Below are positions 16,379 through 25,405 of a stretch of DNA of 64,000 bases, in pieces. Both the position numbers and the translations under genes were made by a program. The DNA lies in NCBI GenBank assembly GCA_015075425.1, contig JABTUL010000003.1, positions 216,693 through 280,692 on the forward strand, in the 5' to 3' direction. Positions within the stretch are counted from its first letter, which is position 1. Each line of letters begins with the position of its first letter. This DNA is from Spirochaetales bacterium. Lineage in GTDB: Bacteria; Spirochaetota; Leptospiria; Leptospirales; Leptonemataceae. The notes beneath the pieces were generated by a model. The model was not told the origin of the DNA and made no database searches. It worked only from the letters and a program-made list of their open reading frames with translations.

Positions 16379-17512
16379 TCAGCGTCCTTTCCAGGTGACA
16401 TTGAGATTCAAATAGTAATTGGTTATGGTGGCAATGATGATACCAATACCGTTGTTTAAGAATTTCCGGGAATCTTCAAGCCAGAGGAATAGCTCGGCAC
16501 CCTGAAGCAGTTGGAAGACGCTGAATTGCACAAATAGCCCGAGCATACTGATGAGTTGAAAGAGGAGAAATCCGGTCAAATTGCCCGTACCGCGGTAGCG
16601 CTTTTCAAAGAACGTCAGGTAGTTATTGAGCACGTAGTTGGAAATGATGCTGAGCTGGATGCCAAAAGGAACGGAAAGGAACAACGGGTCAATGGCAGTG
16701 ATGCCACTGGCAACATGCGGGAAATCCAGGAATTCACCCAGGGCAAATCCACTCATATTGATGAAGACTCCAGTGAGACCGACAAAGGCATAGAGCATGA
16801 AGGTGGGCGAAACATATTTACCAAAACGTAAATCGTATAGGGCTACCAGATAATTTTTGATGACCAGTCCGGAGAGTTTGGTTTCGCCGTGGACCCGGTT
16901 ACGGAAGGTATAACCAAATTCCTTTATTGTGATGCTGCGGCTGCGACCAATAAACTCGAGCAGGATCTTGAACCCGCGCGGGTTGATCGTCGCAATCGTG
17001 TCCTGGTAGACCTTCCTTGAGATCACGAAGAACCCGCTCATGGGATCGGTTACCTGGACCGGCAGAACAATTCGGGCCATGGTGGCTGCAACAAAGCTGA
17101 TGAAGCGGCGCCGGCGCGACCATTCCCCGTAGCTGCCGCCCGCTGCTCCCCGCGATCCGATGGCCACGTCGCATTCTCCGGCCAGCACGGAAGCGGCCAT
17201 GATCGGAAGGATGGATTCGTCATGCTGCAGATCTGCGTCCATGACTGCCAGCGACCGGCCGCGGGCAATTTCCATGCCGGTAATGACTGCAGAGGATAGA
17301 CCGCGGTCGTGCATCCGCCGGATTACGGAAACGGCCGGGCGGCTGCTGGCCCAGGACTGGGCCACTTCCCAGGTTCGATCCGGACTGTTGTCGTCAACAA
17401 CGATGATTTCATAACTGTGAGCGGAAAGAACCTGCTGGATTTTTTCCAGCAGCAATGCGATATTGCCCGACTCATTGTAAGTCGGGATGATCACGGAGAT
17501 GTCAACGGACAA
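16379..17512 (-). CDS. GT2 polyprenyl-phosphate glycosyltransferase (Dpm1/ArnC-like) fused to a GtrA-like membrane domain
   Basis: ISVIIPTYNESGNIALLLEKI...VVDDNSPDRTWEVAQ...VMDADLQHDE are GT2 motifs. The C-terminal 4-TM segment ...ISNYVLNNYLTF...NYYLNLNVTW is typical of GtrA. Confidence 0.85.
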   Translation of the reverse strand: MSVDISVIIPTYNESGNIALLLEKIQQVLSAHSYEIIVVDDNSPDRTWEVAQSWASSRPAVSVIRRMHDRGLSSAVITGMEIARGRSLAVMDADLQHDESILPIMAASVLAGECDVAIGSRGAAGGSYGEWSRRRRFISFVAATMARIVLPVQVTDPMSGFFVISRKVYQDTIATINPRGFKILLEFIGRSRSITIKEFGYTFRNRVHGETKLSGLVIKNYLVALYDLRFGKYVSPTFMLYAFVGLTGVFINMSGFALGEFLDFPHVASGITAIDPLFLSVPFGIQLSIISNYVLNNYLTFFEKRYRGTGNLTGFLLFQLISMLGLFVQFSVFQLLQGAELFLWLEDSRKFLNNGIGIIIATITNYYLNLNVTWKGR

Positions 17513-18217
17513 TTACTGTTCCTGGCTGTAGCAATTGATAGTGCCGCGCAGCACCGTTCCGTCTGTCGCTGACATATTGAGTTTCAGGCGGGCGTAGGAA
17601 ACAGCTTCTTTGTTATCATCAAGGCCAAAGCCATCAGACCAGTCAAAAGTGCCACTGTTGGCGCTAAAGGTAAAGATGGCCGGATCCAAACCGCTGAAGA
17701 TAAATGCGTAGGTGCCACCGCACTTAACATTGTCTACCGTTTCACAACTGGCGTGGATGGTTGAGTCTGTACCGTTGCAACTGATACCGTCCGTGGTGAG
17801 GCAGGTCTGCCCACCGGTGACCGGGGTCAGCGTGAAGCTTTCTTTGTTTTCGTTGTACTCGTAGCGCATACTGAGCGTTGCCACGTTAAGTGCGAATTGC
17901 TTGAGTTTGAGATAGTAAAAAGAATCAATGTTATGGCGTGTCACCGTGCTGGTGCCACTGGAACTGCTCGAGCTTGTTGTAGTGGTATCCGTTGTTGTGG
18001 TTCCCGAAGCAGCTTTGACGGATCCGCAGCTGGGTGTGCGATCCGTATCCACTTCACCGGTGAAGTAGTAGGTACCTCCGGAAACCAGAAAGCTTGCCCC
18101 AAGAGCTGAGGCCAGCGGACCGGCCATAACTGTGTCAGCATCGTTTTCATCGGATTCTTCACAGTGCAACGAAACAAATAGGGCTAAAAGGACGGCTATG
18201 GTGGATCGGAATTTCAT
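17513..18217 (-). CDS. Hypothetical lipoprotein with a Thr/Ser-rich linker
   Basis: MKFRSTIAVLLALFVSLHC lipobox. TTTTDTTTTSSSSSSGTST low-complexity tract. The stop abuts the start of the GT2 gene with a 0-nt gap. Confidence 0.6.
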   Translation of the reverse strand: MKFRSTIAVLLALFVSLHCEESDENDADTVMAGPLASALGASFLVSGGTYYFTGEVDTDRTPSCGSVKAASGTTTTDTTTTSSSSSSGTSTVTRHNIDSFYYLKLKQFALNVATLSMRYEYNENKESFTLTPVTGGQTCLTTDGISCNGTDSTIHASCETVDNVKCGGTYAFIFSGLDPAIFTFSANSGTFDWSDGFGLDDNKEAVSYARLKLNMSATDGTVLRGTINCYSQEQ

Positions 18218-18338
18218 TCGTGTGCTCCTCGGGCTGTTCGGTTCCCTATCGGAATTTGACGGGGCAATTCTTGAAGGGCGGTCACATTTCCTTCGACGCT
18301 TTTTGATGGCGATGGTTCGCGGGATTTGTGCATTATGT

Positions 18339-18896
18339 CTACTGGCTACCGGTGCGGATCAAATCCAGAAATTCAATCCGCGTTTTTTCCTCTTTCTCGA
18401 AGGCTCCATCCATATAGCTGGTGAATACCTCAGAATTTTGCTTTTCCACTCCGCGCATCATCATACACATATGTTTACATTTCAGAACGACGGCCACGCC
18501 AAGCGGCTGCAACACTTCTCTCACGGCCTTCCCAATCTGATCCGTCAGCCTTTCCTGTACCTGGAGGCGGCGGGCAAACATTTCTACAATCCGCGGCACC
18601 TTCGACAAACCGATTACCCGTCCGCGCGGAAGGTATCCTACGTGAGCTTTGCCGTAAAACGGAAGCAGATGATGCTCGCACATGCTGTACACTTCAATGT
18701 CCCGAATCAGCACCATTCCGGTGGATTCTTCCTTAAAGAGGGCACCGCCCACAACTTCGGTTAGATTTCGCTTATACCCCGAACATAAGAATTCCCACGC
18801 TTTCTCCACCCGCTGCGGGGTATCTTTCAGACCTTCGCGTTCGGGGTTCTCGCCCAGATCACGAAGAATGCTTTCAATGTTTGTGGCAATGTTCAT
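18339..18896 (-). CDS. folE: GTP cyclohydrolase I
   Basis: 185 aa. [19 protein letters not shown] and QVQERLT are FolE signature segments. The start overlaps the upstream stop by 4 nt. Confidence 0.92.
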   Translation of the reverse strand: MNIATNIESILRDLGENPEREGLKDTPQRVEKAWEFLCSGYKRNLTEVVGGALFKEESTGMVLIRDIEVYSMCEHHLLPFYGKAHVGYLPRGRVIGLSKVPRIVEMFARRLQVQERLTDQIGKAVREVLQPLGVAVVLKCKHMCMMMRGVEKQNSEVFTSYMDGAFEKEEKTRIEFLDLIRTGSQ

Positions 18897-20152
18897 TCGC
18901 TGTCGGCCTCATCGGCTGCGGCCTTTTCCTCCGCTGCCTCTTTTGCTTTTTCTGCTTCTTCCTGGGCACGATCTGCTTCGGCCATATTTTCCGCATCAAA
19001 TTTGAGCTTCAGTAGATCAAGCTCGGTCTGACCAAAACCACTTTTGCGCAGGTAAAGTTTGCGATCGTGGTCCTCATACACGATTCCGCCCTGATACACA
19101 GAGAAGGTCTTGCTGATTAAAGGCAGATAGCGATAGGGCTTGCCCGGTTTCCATACAGCCAGCAGGTTGCGTCTGGGTTGAAGAAAAGCCTGTTCATTGC
19201 CCAGGTAGGTCAGGTTTTCCATGGGCTTCATACGAATCCCTTTTCCGGTTTTGAATCCCTCTTTTTTCTGGGTAAGCGGTGTGAGTTCAAAACGTCCGGC
19301 CACGCGGCGCAGTACAAAGTAGCGATATTCGTTTTTTACCGGCCGCAATTTGAGTTCCTGCTCTTCTTCTCTTGTCTGGATATGAAAAAAGGGAACCTCC
19401 CCGTCAAGTTGTGGCCGGGCAACATCACTTAAGATTTTGCGCACCGTGGCACCGAATCCTGGATAATGATAAAGATCATAGTATCCGGCTTTGCCAAAAA
19501 AAATGAGGATGCTGTTATCAGGGAGACTGAAAAGAACAAATTTATTTTTTATTTTTTTATATTTGGGCGGAAAGGCACTCAGGGGCAATGGTGGAGGCAT
19601 GTCCAGATGCATGGCATCGGCGCTGCCCATTTGTTTGCCGGTAATTCCTTCCGGGCGAACGGTAAAAAGCAAAAGCTGATCTGTGAGCGCCGGTAGATTC
19701 AGGCAATCCTGCTGAAAGGAATCAAATATTTTCCCCTGGCGAAAGCTCAGGGGAGTGAAGCGGCAATTGCCAGGTTCTGCATCGGAGAGGGCTATGGCCG
19801 CATCTCCCGCACCGGAGAGCAAGAGATGCACGGGAGGGGCCGGTAAATCCAGTTGCACCGGATCTTCCTGGTCCGGGCGCAAAGAAAAAAGACGATTTCC
19901 CTCACTGTACACCATTGTCCTCCCGTCCAGGGAAGGATAGAATTTGCGACGTTCGCCGGAGTCGGAAAGTTTGCGTGAACGTTCCCGATTGGCTTCCTGA
20001 ATGGTAAGATCAATGCGCGAAAGGGTTTCCCGGGCTTTTCCCTCCTGGCCCAGCTCTTCTTCCAGCAGGGCTCGTTTGTCTTCAAGGTCCGGGCGGCAGG
20101 CTGTGAACAGCAGCAAAAAAAGGCCAATTCGATAGCTCACGCTGGACATCAT
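18893..20152 (-). CDS. Hypothetical lipoprotein with an acidic C-terminal tail
   Basis: [19 protein letters not shown] lipobox. 419 aa, no recognised family. C-terminus [24 protein letters not shown]. Confidence 0.6.
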   Translation of the reverse strand: MMSSVSYRIGLFLLLFTACRPDLEDKRALLEEELGQEGKARETLSRIDLTIQEANRERSRKLSDSGERRKFYPSLDGRTMVYSEGNRLFSLRPDQEDPVQLDLPAPPVHLLLSGAGDAAIALSDAEPGNCRFTPLSFRQGKIFDSFQQDCLNLPALTDQLLLFTVRPEGITGKQMGSADAMHLDMPPPLPLSAFPPKYKKIKNKFVLFSLPDNSILIFFGKAGYYDLYHYPGFGATVRKILSDVARPQLDGEVPFFHIQTREEEQELKLRPVKNEYRYFVLRRVAGRFELTPLTQKKEGFKTGKGIRMKPMENLTYLGNEQAFLQPRRNLLAVWKPGKPYRYLPLISKTFSVYQGGIVYEDHDRKLYLRKSGFGQTELDLLKLKFDAENMAEADRAQEEAEKAKEAAEEKAAADEADSE

Positions 20153-20281
20153 AGAGACTTATGCGCCGCTGCAAAGTCAATTGTCTTTTCGGACGGGCTC
20201 GCGAAGGGGCAGGCCCCCGGAAACAACAGCGTCTTCCCCGCTTTTTACTCGCCAGGCCGGGCCTTACAGGGAGCCTGGCTT

Positions 20282-22075
20282 GTGAGCTGGCTTGCCTCCA
20301 TCTATAAAGAAAGACTCCCTGTGCTGCAAATCGGCAAGGCTACGGGAAAAAAAGTCCGGCTTTGCGGTTGGGCTTTTCGTCATCGCGACCAGGGCGGACT
20401 GATCTTCATTGACCTGCGTGATCGCTCCGGAATCGGACAACTGGTTTTTGATCGCTCTGTCCTTGGTGAGCATTTCCAGGCCGCTGAAACCATTCGCAGC
20501 GAATTCGTCCTGGCGGTTGAAGGTCAGGTGCGCTCGCGGGCCAGAGAAAGCATCAATCCGCGCATGGCCACAGGCGAGGTAGAGGTTCTGGTGGAGCGTT
20601 TTGAGATTCTCAATGCTTCGCGTACCCTGCCCTTTGAGCTGGAGTTTGCCGAAGTCGGCGAGGAGCATCGGCTCCGTTATCGTTATCTGGATTTGCGGCG
20701 GGAAGCCGGTATGGAGGCACTGGCCAAAAGATCGCATCTTTCCGCTGCTTTGCGCCGTTTCCTTGAGAAGGAAGGATTCCTGGAAGTGGAAACCCCGGTG
20801 CTCAATAAATCCACCCCGGAAGGGGCCCGGGATTTTCTCGTTCCGGCGCGACTGAGTCCGGGTTCCTTCTACGCTCTGCCGCAGTCGCCGCAAATCTTTA
20901 AACAAATCCTGATGGTGGCGGGGGTAGAGAAATACTTCCAGATTGCTCGCTGCTTTAGAGATGAAGATCTACGCGCGGATCGTCAACCTGAGTTTACCCA
21001 GCTGGATATGGAGCTTTCCTTTATTGATGAAGAGAGGATCATGGCTCTGCTGGAAAAGATGTGGGCCAGGGTATTAAAGGAAGTTTTTGATCTGAAGATC
21101 AAAACACCCATCCTGCGTATGACCCATGCCGAGGCCATGGAGAGCTATGGCATTGATCGGCCTGACCTGCGCTTTGAGATGAAGCTCGTGGATGTTGCAC
21201 CCCTTGTGAAAAACAGCCAGTTTCAGGTCTTCCGACAGACATTTGATGGCGGTGGTCGTATCAAGGCCCTGTGCGTACCGGGTGGAGCCAGCCTTTCGCG
21301 TAAGGACATTGATGATCTTACGGCCTGGGTGAACCGGGATTTTAAGGCAAAGGGGCTGGCCTGGCTCAAACATGAAGTCGATGGTCTGAAATCTTCCATC
21401 AGCAAGTTTTTTTCGGAAAGTGAACTGCGGGCCATTGAGCGGGCAACAGCATCGCGCCCGGGCGACATTGTATTTTTTGCGGCGGATCGGGAGTCTGTTG
21501 TCAACGCCACTCTGGCCCATTTACGATTGGCCATGGGGGAAAAGTTCGGCCTGATTCCGCCGGATGATTTCCGTATGGTCTGGATCACCGATTTTCCCCT
21601 GTTTGAAAAGGACCCGGACAGCGGAGCGTGGCACGCCGTACATCATCCCTTTACTGCGCCGGCGCCTGAGGATTTGCCCATCCTGCTGGATGCGGATCGT
21701 TTTGAAAGGGAAGGACAGCATGTCAGGTCTCGGGCCTATGATCTGGTGGTTAATGGCACAGAGATTGGCGGGGGTTCTATTCGAATCCACGATGCCACCA
21801 CCCAGTCGGCAATCTTTCGCATTCTTAAAATATCCCCGGAAGAGGCCAGTGAGCGGTTCGGCTTTCTGCTGGATGCCCTTTCCTACGGCGCACCGCCCCA
21901 CGGTGGGGTGGCTTTTGGTCTGGATCGGATATTGATGCTCTTTCTCAAAAGAGACTCCATTCGCGACGTGATCCCGTTCCCCAAGACACAAAAGGGGCAC
22001 TGTTTGATGTCGGAAAGTCCGTCTCCTGTCTCGCCGGAGCAACTCAAAGAACTGCGTCTGCGGACCATGCCTTAG
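20282..22075 (+). CDS. aspS: Aspartate--tRNA ligase
   Basis: 597 aa. GWAFRHRDQGGLIFIDLRDRSG (OB-fold N-domain), FYALPQSPQIFKQ, FRDEDLRADRQPEFTQLDME (motif 2), GGGSIRIH, GVAFGLDR (motif 3). GTG start. Confidence 0.95.
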   Translation: MSWLASIYKERLPVLQIGKATGKKVRLCGWAFRHRDQGGLIFIDLRDRSGIGQLVFDRSVLGEHFQAAETIRSEFVLAVEGQVRSRARESINPRMATGEVEVLVERFEILNASRTLPFELEFAEVGEEHRLRYRYLDLRREAGMEALAKRSHLSAALRRFLEKEGFLEVETPVLNKSTPEGARDFLVPARLSPGSFYALPQSPQIFKQILMVAGVEKYFQIARCFRDEDLRADRQPEFTQLDMELSFIDEERIMALLEKMWARVLKEVFDLKIKTPILRMTHAEAMESYGIDRPDLRFEMKLVDVAPLVKNSQFQVFRQTFDGGGRIKALCVPGGASLSRKDIDDLTAWVNRDFKAKGLAWLKHEVDGLKSSISKFFSESELRAIERATASRPGDIVFFAADRESVVNATLAHLRLAMGEKFGLIPPDDFRMVWITDFPLFEKDPDSGAWHAVHHPFTAPAPEDLPILLDADRFEREGQHVRSRAYDLVVNGTEIGGGSIRIHDATTQSAIFRILKISPEEASERFGFLLDALSYGAPPHGGVAFGLDRILMLFLKRDSIRDVIPFPKTQKGHCLMSESPSPVSPEQLKELRLRTMP

Positions 22076-22098
22076 CCCGGATTATTCGTGAAAACAGT

Positions 22099-22117
22099 GG
22101 GTCGCCGCACGCGACCC
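22099..22117 (+). terminator. GC-rich hairpin 24 nt after the aspS stop, inside a larger inverted repeat; weak terminator candidate
   Basis: GGGTCGC-cgcac-GCGACCC, a 7-bp stem. It is followed by TTACCCC, so there is no real U tract. It is enclosed by the 10-bp inverted repeat CCCGGATTAT (22076-22085) / ATAATCCGGG (22134-22143). Confidence 0.3.
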
Positions 22118-22186
22118 TTACCCCTGGCCCCGCATAATCCGGGTTAGTTAGCGTGCCGTTAATCCTGCGAAACGCGGGTGTGTCTT

Positions 22187-22213
22187 AATTCATTTTGCAG
22201 CGCAAAATGAATT
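22187..22213. promoter_or_regulatory. Perfect 12-3-12 palindrome upstream of phaR; candidate PhaR auto-operator
   Basis: AATTCATTTTGC-agc-GCAAAATGAATT, 36 nt upstream of the phaR ATG. The core TGC-N3-GCA resembles reported PhaR sites (CTGC-N3-GCAG type). Confidence 0.5.
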
Positions 22214-22248
22214 GACGCTCTGCCAATTGCGCGCCATCGCTGATCTGG

Positions 22249-22812
22249 ATGAAGATCCTCAAGCGCTATTCGAACCGGCGGCTCTATGACGCAGATTCCA
22301 GCAAAACCATGACCCTGGAGGATGTGGCCCTGCTCATCAAGAGAGGCGAGGAAATCAAAGTCATTGATAACCAGACCGGGGAGGATCTTACCGCACGCAT
22401 TCTGGGCCAGACATTCCTGAAAGTCAGCATGGATCAGAAGAACATAGAATTCAGTAACTTTCTGATGACTGCTTTGATCCGCGAGGTCACCGGCAATGTG
22501 TCGGAGTTTTTTGCCCGGATCGTTCAGAGCGGCATTGGAGCAGCGGCCCTGACGGCAGAAAAATTGCAGGGAATCATCCAGGCTATGATTGAACAGGGTG
22601 ATCTCAAGCTTGCGGAGAAGGATTCTTACCTGGACGAATTGCTTTCGCAACTTTCTGGCAAAGATTTGACGGAGAAGGCGGCAGCGGGCCGTCACCTTCT
22701 GCGGGATCTGGCAACCGACCACCGGATCCTGGAACTTTCCGACAAACTTGCGGACATGGCCCGGCTGGTTTCCGAACTGCAGCAAAAAGAAAACTCCCCC
22801 CGCTCCGGTTAA
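22249..22812 (+). CDS. phaR: Polyhydroxyalkanoate synthesis regulator PhaR family
   Basis: N-terminus LKRYSNRRLYDADSSKTMTLEDVALLIKRGEEIKVIDNQTGEDLTARILGQ matches the PHB/PHA accumulation regulator DNA-binding domain. Confidence 0.85.
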   Translation: MKILKRYSNRRLYDADSSKTMTLEDVALLIKRGEEIKVIDNQTGEDLTARILGQTFLKVSMDQKNIEFSNFLMTALIREVTGNVSEFFARIVQSGIGAAALTAEKLQGIIQAMIEQGDLKLAEKDSYLDELLSQLSGKDLTEKAAAGRHLLRDLATDHRILELSDKLADMARLVSELQQKENSPRSG

Positions 22813-22874
22813 AGATCGAACTTTTAGCGTCCGATACGTACCCGGGGTAAGAGGTTTACCCGAAGGAAACACGA

Positions 22875-23951
22875 ATGCGAACCATGTATTTTTTAGCGAT
22901 CCTGGGCTTTGCCTGGCTGGCTGTCCCCTTACGTGCGGGTAGCGAGGATGATGCCATTGCTCGTTACACAGCCCTGTATGAGGAAATGGAAGCCAAATTG
23001 CGTAATGGCAATGCCTTTGAAAAAATCAAAGCGGCTCAGCTCTTTGGTGCGCATAAAAATCCGCGTTTCATTCGCCCCCTGGCAGAGGAGCTCAATCGCG
23101 AAATTGACGATCCGATCGGAAAGAAAATGGTACACAACGATCCTTATGTCAAGGCCTGGATTGCCTGGGCTTTAGGGATGATCGGCCATAACGACTCCCT
23201 GGCGCCACTGCTCACTGCCCTGGAAAAAACCGTTAAACTTATGGAAGAACAGAAGAAGAGCGCTGCGGATCTGGATGCAAAAGTGCAGCAATTCTATGGA
23301 TCAGAAGAGCAGCGCAAAGAAGGCCGGGTGGTTCTGAGCCCGGATAAACCCACCCCCGCGCTACTGAAAAGTGGACATCGTTTTCCGATGAGCCCGGACC
23401 TTTACTGGAGTAAGTCTGATGAATTCAAGGGCATTGCAGCACCCGATGAAAACAATGAAGAGCATGCGATCCGGTTGCAGAATTACAATTATGTCAATCT
23501 GGCCCGGCGGCTGCTTTTGAGCATTGCCTGGATTGGCAATCCCGAAGCCATTGAATCCCTGCGGCCCTACCTCGCCCATGAATCGCCCTATTTACGTAGC
23601 GGCGCTGCCATGGCCCTTGAGGCGACCAAAAATCGCCAGGCTGTTGTGCCTCTCGAAGAGAGAGCCGGTCAGGAGCAGGATCCCATCGTTCAGGTTTACC
23701 TGAATCGAGCCATAGTGATGCTCGATAAATCGAAGAACAAGCAGTTGCAGGAACTGCTGAAGACACTGAAATCGGAAAATCTACACATCCGCGTGGCATC
23801 GGCTCACGCTCTGGAGAAACTCAGCATGGGCGAAACAGCTCCGGCGCTCAAAGAGGCCTACCGGGTTGAACACCATCGCGTTGTGCGGCCCATCCTGGCA
23901 TCAGCGATTGAGAAGGCCACGCGGGACAATTTCATTCCGGTTAGTAATTGA
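22875..23951 (+). CDS. Secreted HEAT/PBS-lyase-like repeat protein
   Basis: Signal peptide MRTMYFLAILGFAWLAVPLRA. Repeated helical units (IKAAQLFGAHKNPRFIRPL, AWALGMIGHNDSLAPLLTAL, RSGAAMALEATKNRQAVVPL, RVASAHALEKLSMGETAPAL). Confidence 0.7.
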   Translation: MRTMYFLAILGFAWLAVPLRAGSEDDAIARYTALYEEMEAKLRNGNAFEKIKAAQLFGAHKNPRFIRPLAEELNREIDDPIGKKMVHNDPYVKAWIAWALGMIGHNDSLAPLLTALEKTVKLMEEQKKSAADLDAKVQQFYGSEEQRKEGRVVLSPDKPTPALLKSGHRFPMSPDLYWSKSDEFKGIAAPDENNEEHAIRLQNYNYVNLARRLLLSIAWIGNPEAIESLRPYLAHESPYLRSGAAMALEATKNRQAVVPLEERAGQEQDPIVQVYLNRAIVMLDKSKNKQLQELLKTLKSENLHIRVASAHALEKLSMGETAPALKEAYRVEHHRVVRPILASAIEKATRDNFIPVSN

Positions 23952-23981
23952 TTTTCACGGCCCCCGGCCCAGCGTGACCGG

Positions 23982-24617
23982 ATGAGGGGCCTGTGTTTCT
24001 GGATGGGAGTCGTTCTCCTTCTGGGCTGCGCTCCCGAGGATCAGGCCACCGAACTACCCGATTACGGCGTGGTTCGAGTGGATCGTTCCAGTCTGCGCAT
24101 CAATCCTTTGCCCACTGCTTCGGAAATTGAGTTTTTACCGGCCGGGAGTCGGGTCAGTATCCTGCGCATGCAAGAAACGGATGAAACCTGGTATCTGGTG
24201 CGGACAGCGGAAGGGCTTGAGGGCTGGATAGCGGGTCAGGTTCTTCTGGTCGAGGGGCGTAATAAAGCGGAAGCCCTCAAGCCCATCATTACTCAGGCAG
24301 AGATTCCGGAAAAATTACTGGGTCAATGGTTCGAGACATCGCTTACCGGGGCTACGGGCTACTTTAAGATCTACTTCTATGAAGATGGAACCTACAGGCA
24401 TGGCCATGGCCTGGCGGCCATGAAAGCTCCGGGCCGCTTTCAGTTACTGCCGTCCTACAATGTGATTTTACTGGAAAATGGGTCGGGCGCCGGCGACTTC
24501 TTGCGCTTGCGTATCATTGGACGGGATATGTTTTTGATCGGCGAAGAGAACGGTTACGAAATTGCCTACCGTCGCCGCTTCGATGATCCGACTGTTCGTG
24601 AGTTCAAATTTGAATGA
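23982..24617 (+). CDS. Lipoprotein with a bacterial SH3 domain
   Basis: Lipobox VVLLLGC. GVVRVDRSSLRINPLPTASEIEFLPAGSRVSILRMQETDETWYLVRTAEGLEGWIAG is SH3_3-like. Confidence 0.6.
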   Translation: MRGLCFWMGVVLLLGCAPEDQATELPDYGVVRVDRSSLRINPLPTASEIEFLPAGSRVSILRMQETDETWYLVRTAEGLEGWIAGQVLLVEGRNKAEALKPIITQAEIPEKLLGQWFETSLTGATGYFKIYFYEDGTYRHGHGLAAMKAPGRFQLLPSYNVILLENGSGAGDFLRLRIIGRDMFLIGEENGYEIAYRRRFDDPTVREFKFE

Positions 24618-25405
24618 CAGACGCGGCCCGACCAGAAGAAGCGATACGCCGACTCCGGGCCTCCATGCAGGGGCAGGGGCAGGAGGCGATGCGTCTGAAT
24701 CGTTTTCTTGCTGTCTGCGGTCTGGGATCGCGGCGCGGCGTGGAAGCTCTGGTGTACCAGGGGCGTGTCCGCATCAACGGGGAAAAGGTCCGCTCTCCCG
24801 GGGTTAGCATAGAACCGGGGGACCACGTAACGGTCGATGACCGGCTCTTATCTGTGCCGCGGAACTATTCGTACTTTGCCTACAACAAACCCGGCGGACT
24901 CGTTGTGTCGCGCAAAAAACAGGGTAAAGCGCGCACTATCTATGAAGCGTTACCGGAATCCATGCAGAATTGTAAATATGCCGGGCGACTGGATGCAGAA
25001 TCCAGGGGGCTACTCATTCTCTCAGACGATGGGAAATTTATCCATGCCCTTTCCCATCCTTCTTTCCGATTGCTGAAGTACTACCGGGTGTTACTTTCCA
25101 GCATTCCGGAAAAGCTCAGTATGCATTTTGGTCATGGCATGTTTGTCGATGGAGAATTCATGAAAGCCTCACGCGCCTTCATTGTCGATCCCGCGCGAAA
25201 ACTGGTGGAGGTTATCCTCTCTGGAGGCAAAAATCGCCAAATACGCCGCATGTTCACGGCTCTCGGGGTAGAAGTTCTGGATCTGTATCGTTACCGGATG
25301 GGCCAATTGAGTCTGGAGGAGACCGCAGTCAACGAAGGAACCTTCGTTGCCATTACCCCGGAAGATGTTCTCGAATCAACGCAACCCTTTGCGGAAATCA
25401 GTTGA
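24614..25405 (+). CDS. Pseudouridine synthase, RsuA/RluB family, with an S4 domain
   Basis: MRLNRFLAVCGLGSRRGVEALVYQGRVRINGEKV (S4 domain). Catalytic GRLDAESRGLLILSDDG. GKNRQIRRMF. The true start may be an internal Met at 24665 or 24689. Confidence 0.85.
   Translation: MTDAARPEEAIRRLRASMQGQGQEAMRLNRFLAVCGLGSRRGVEALVYQGRVRINGEKVRSPGVSIEPGDHVTVDDRLLSVPRNYSYFAYNKPGGLVVSRKKQGKARTIYEALPESMQNCKYAGRLDAESRGLLILSDDGKFIHALSHPSFRLLKYYRVLLSSIPEKLSMHFGHGMFVDGEFMKASRAFIVDPARKLVEVILSGGKNRQIRRMFTALGVEVLDLYRYRMGQLSLEETAVNEGTFVAITPEDVLESTQPFAEIS

Noticed and set aside
20264-20905. 213-aa ORF antisense to aspS. The same applies to 21074..21520, 21223..21588 and 21521..22042.
   Set aside because: aspS identity on the plus strand is unambiguous. 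The antisense ORFs have no recognisable features.
22159-22872. 237-aa minus-strand ORF covering phaR
   Set aside because: The plus-strand frame carries the highly characteristic PhaR N-terminal domain. The minus ORF spans intergenic palindromes and has no motifs.
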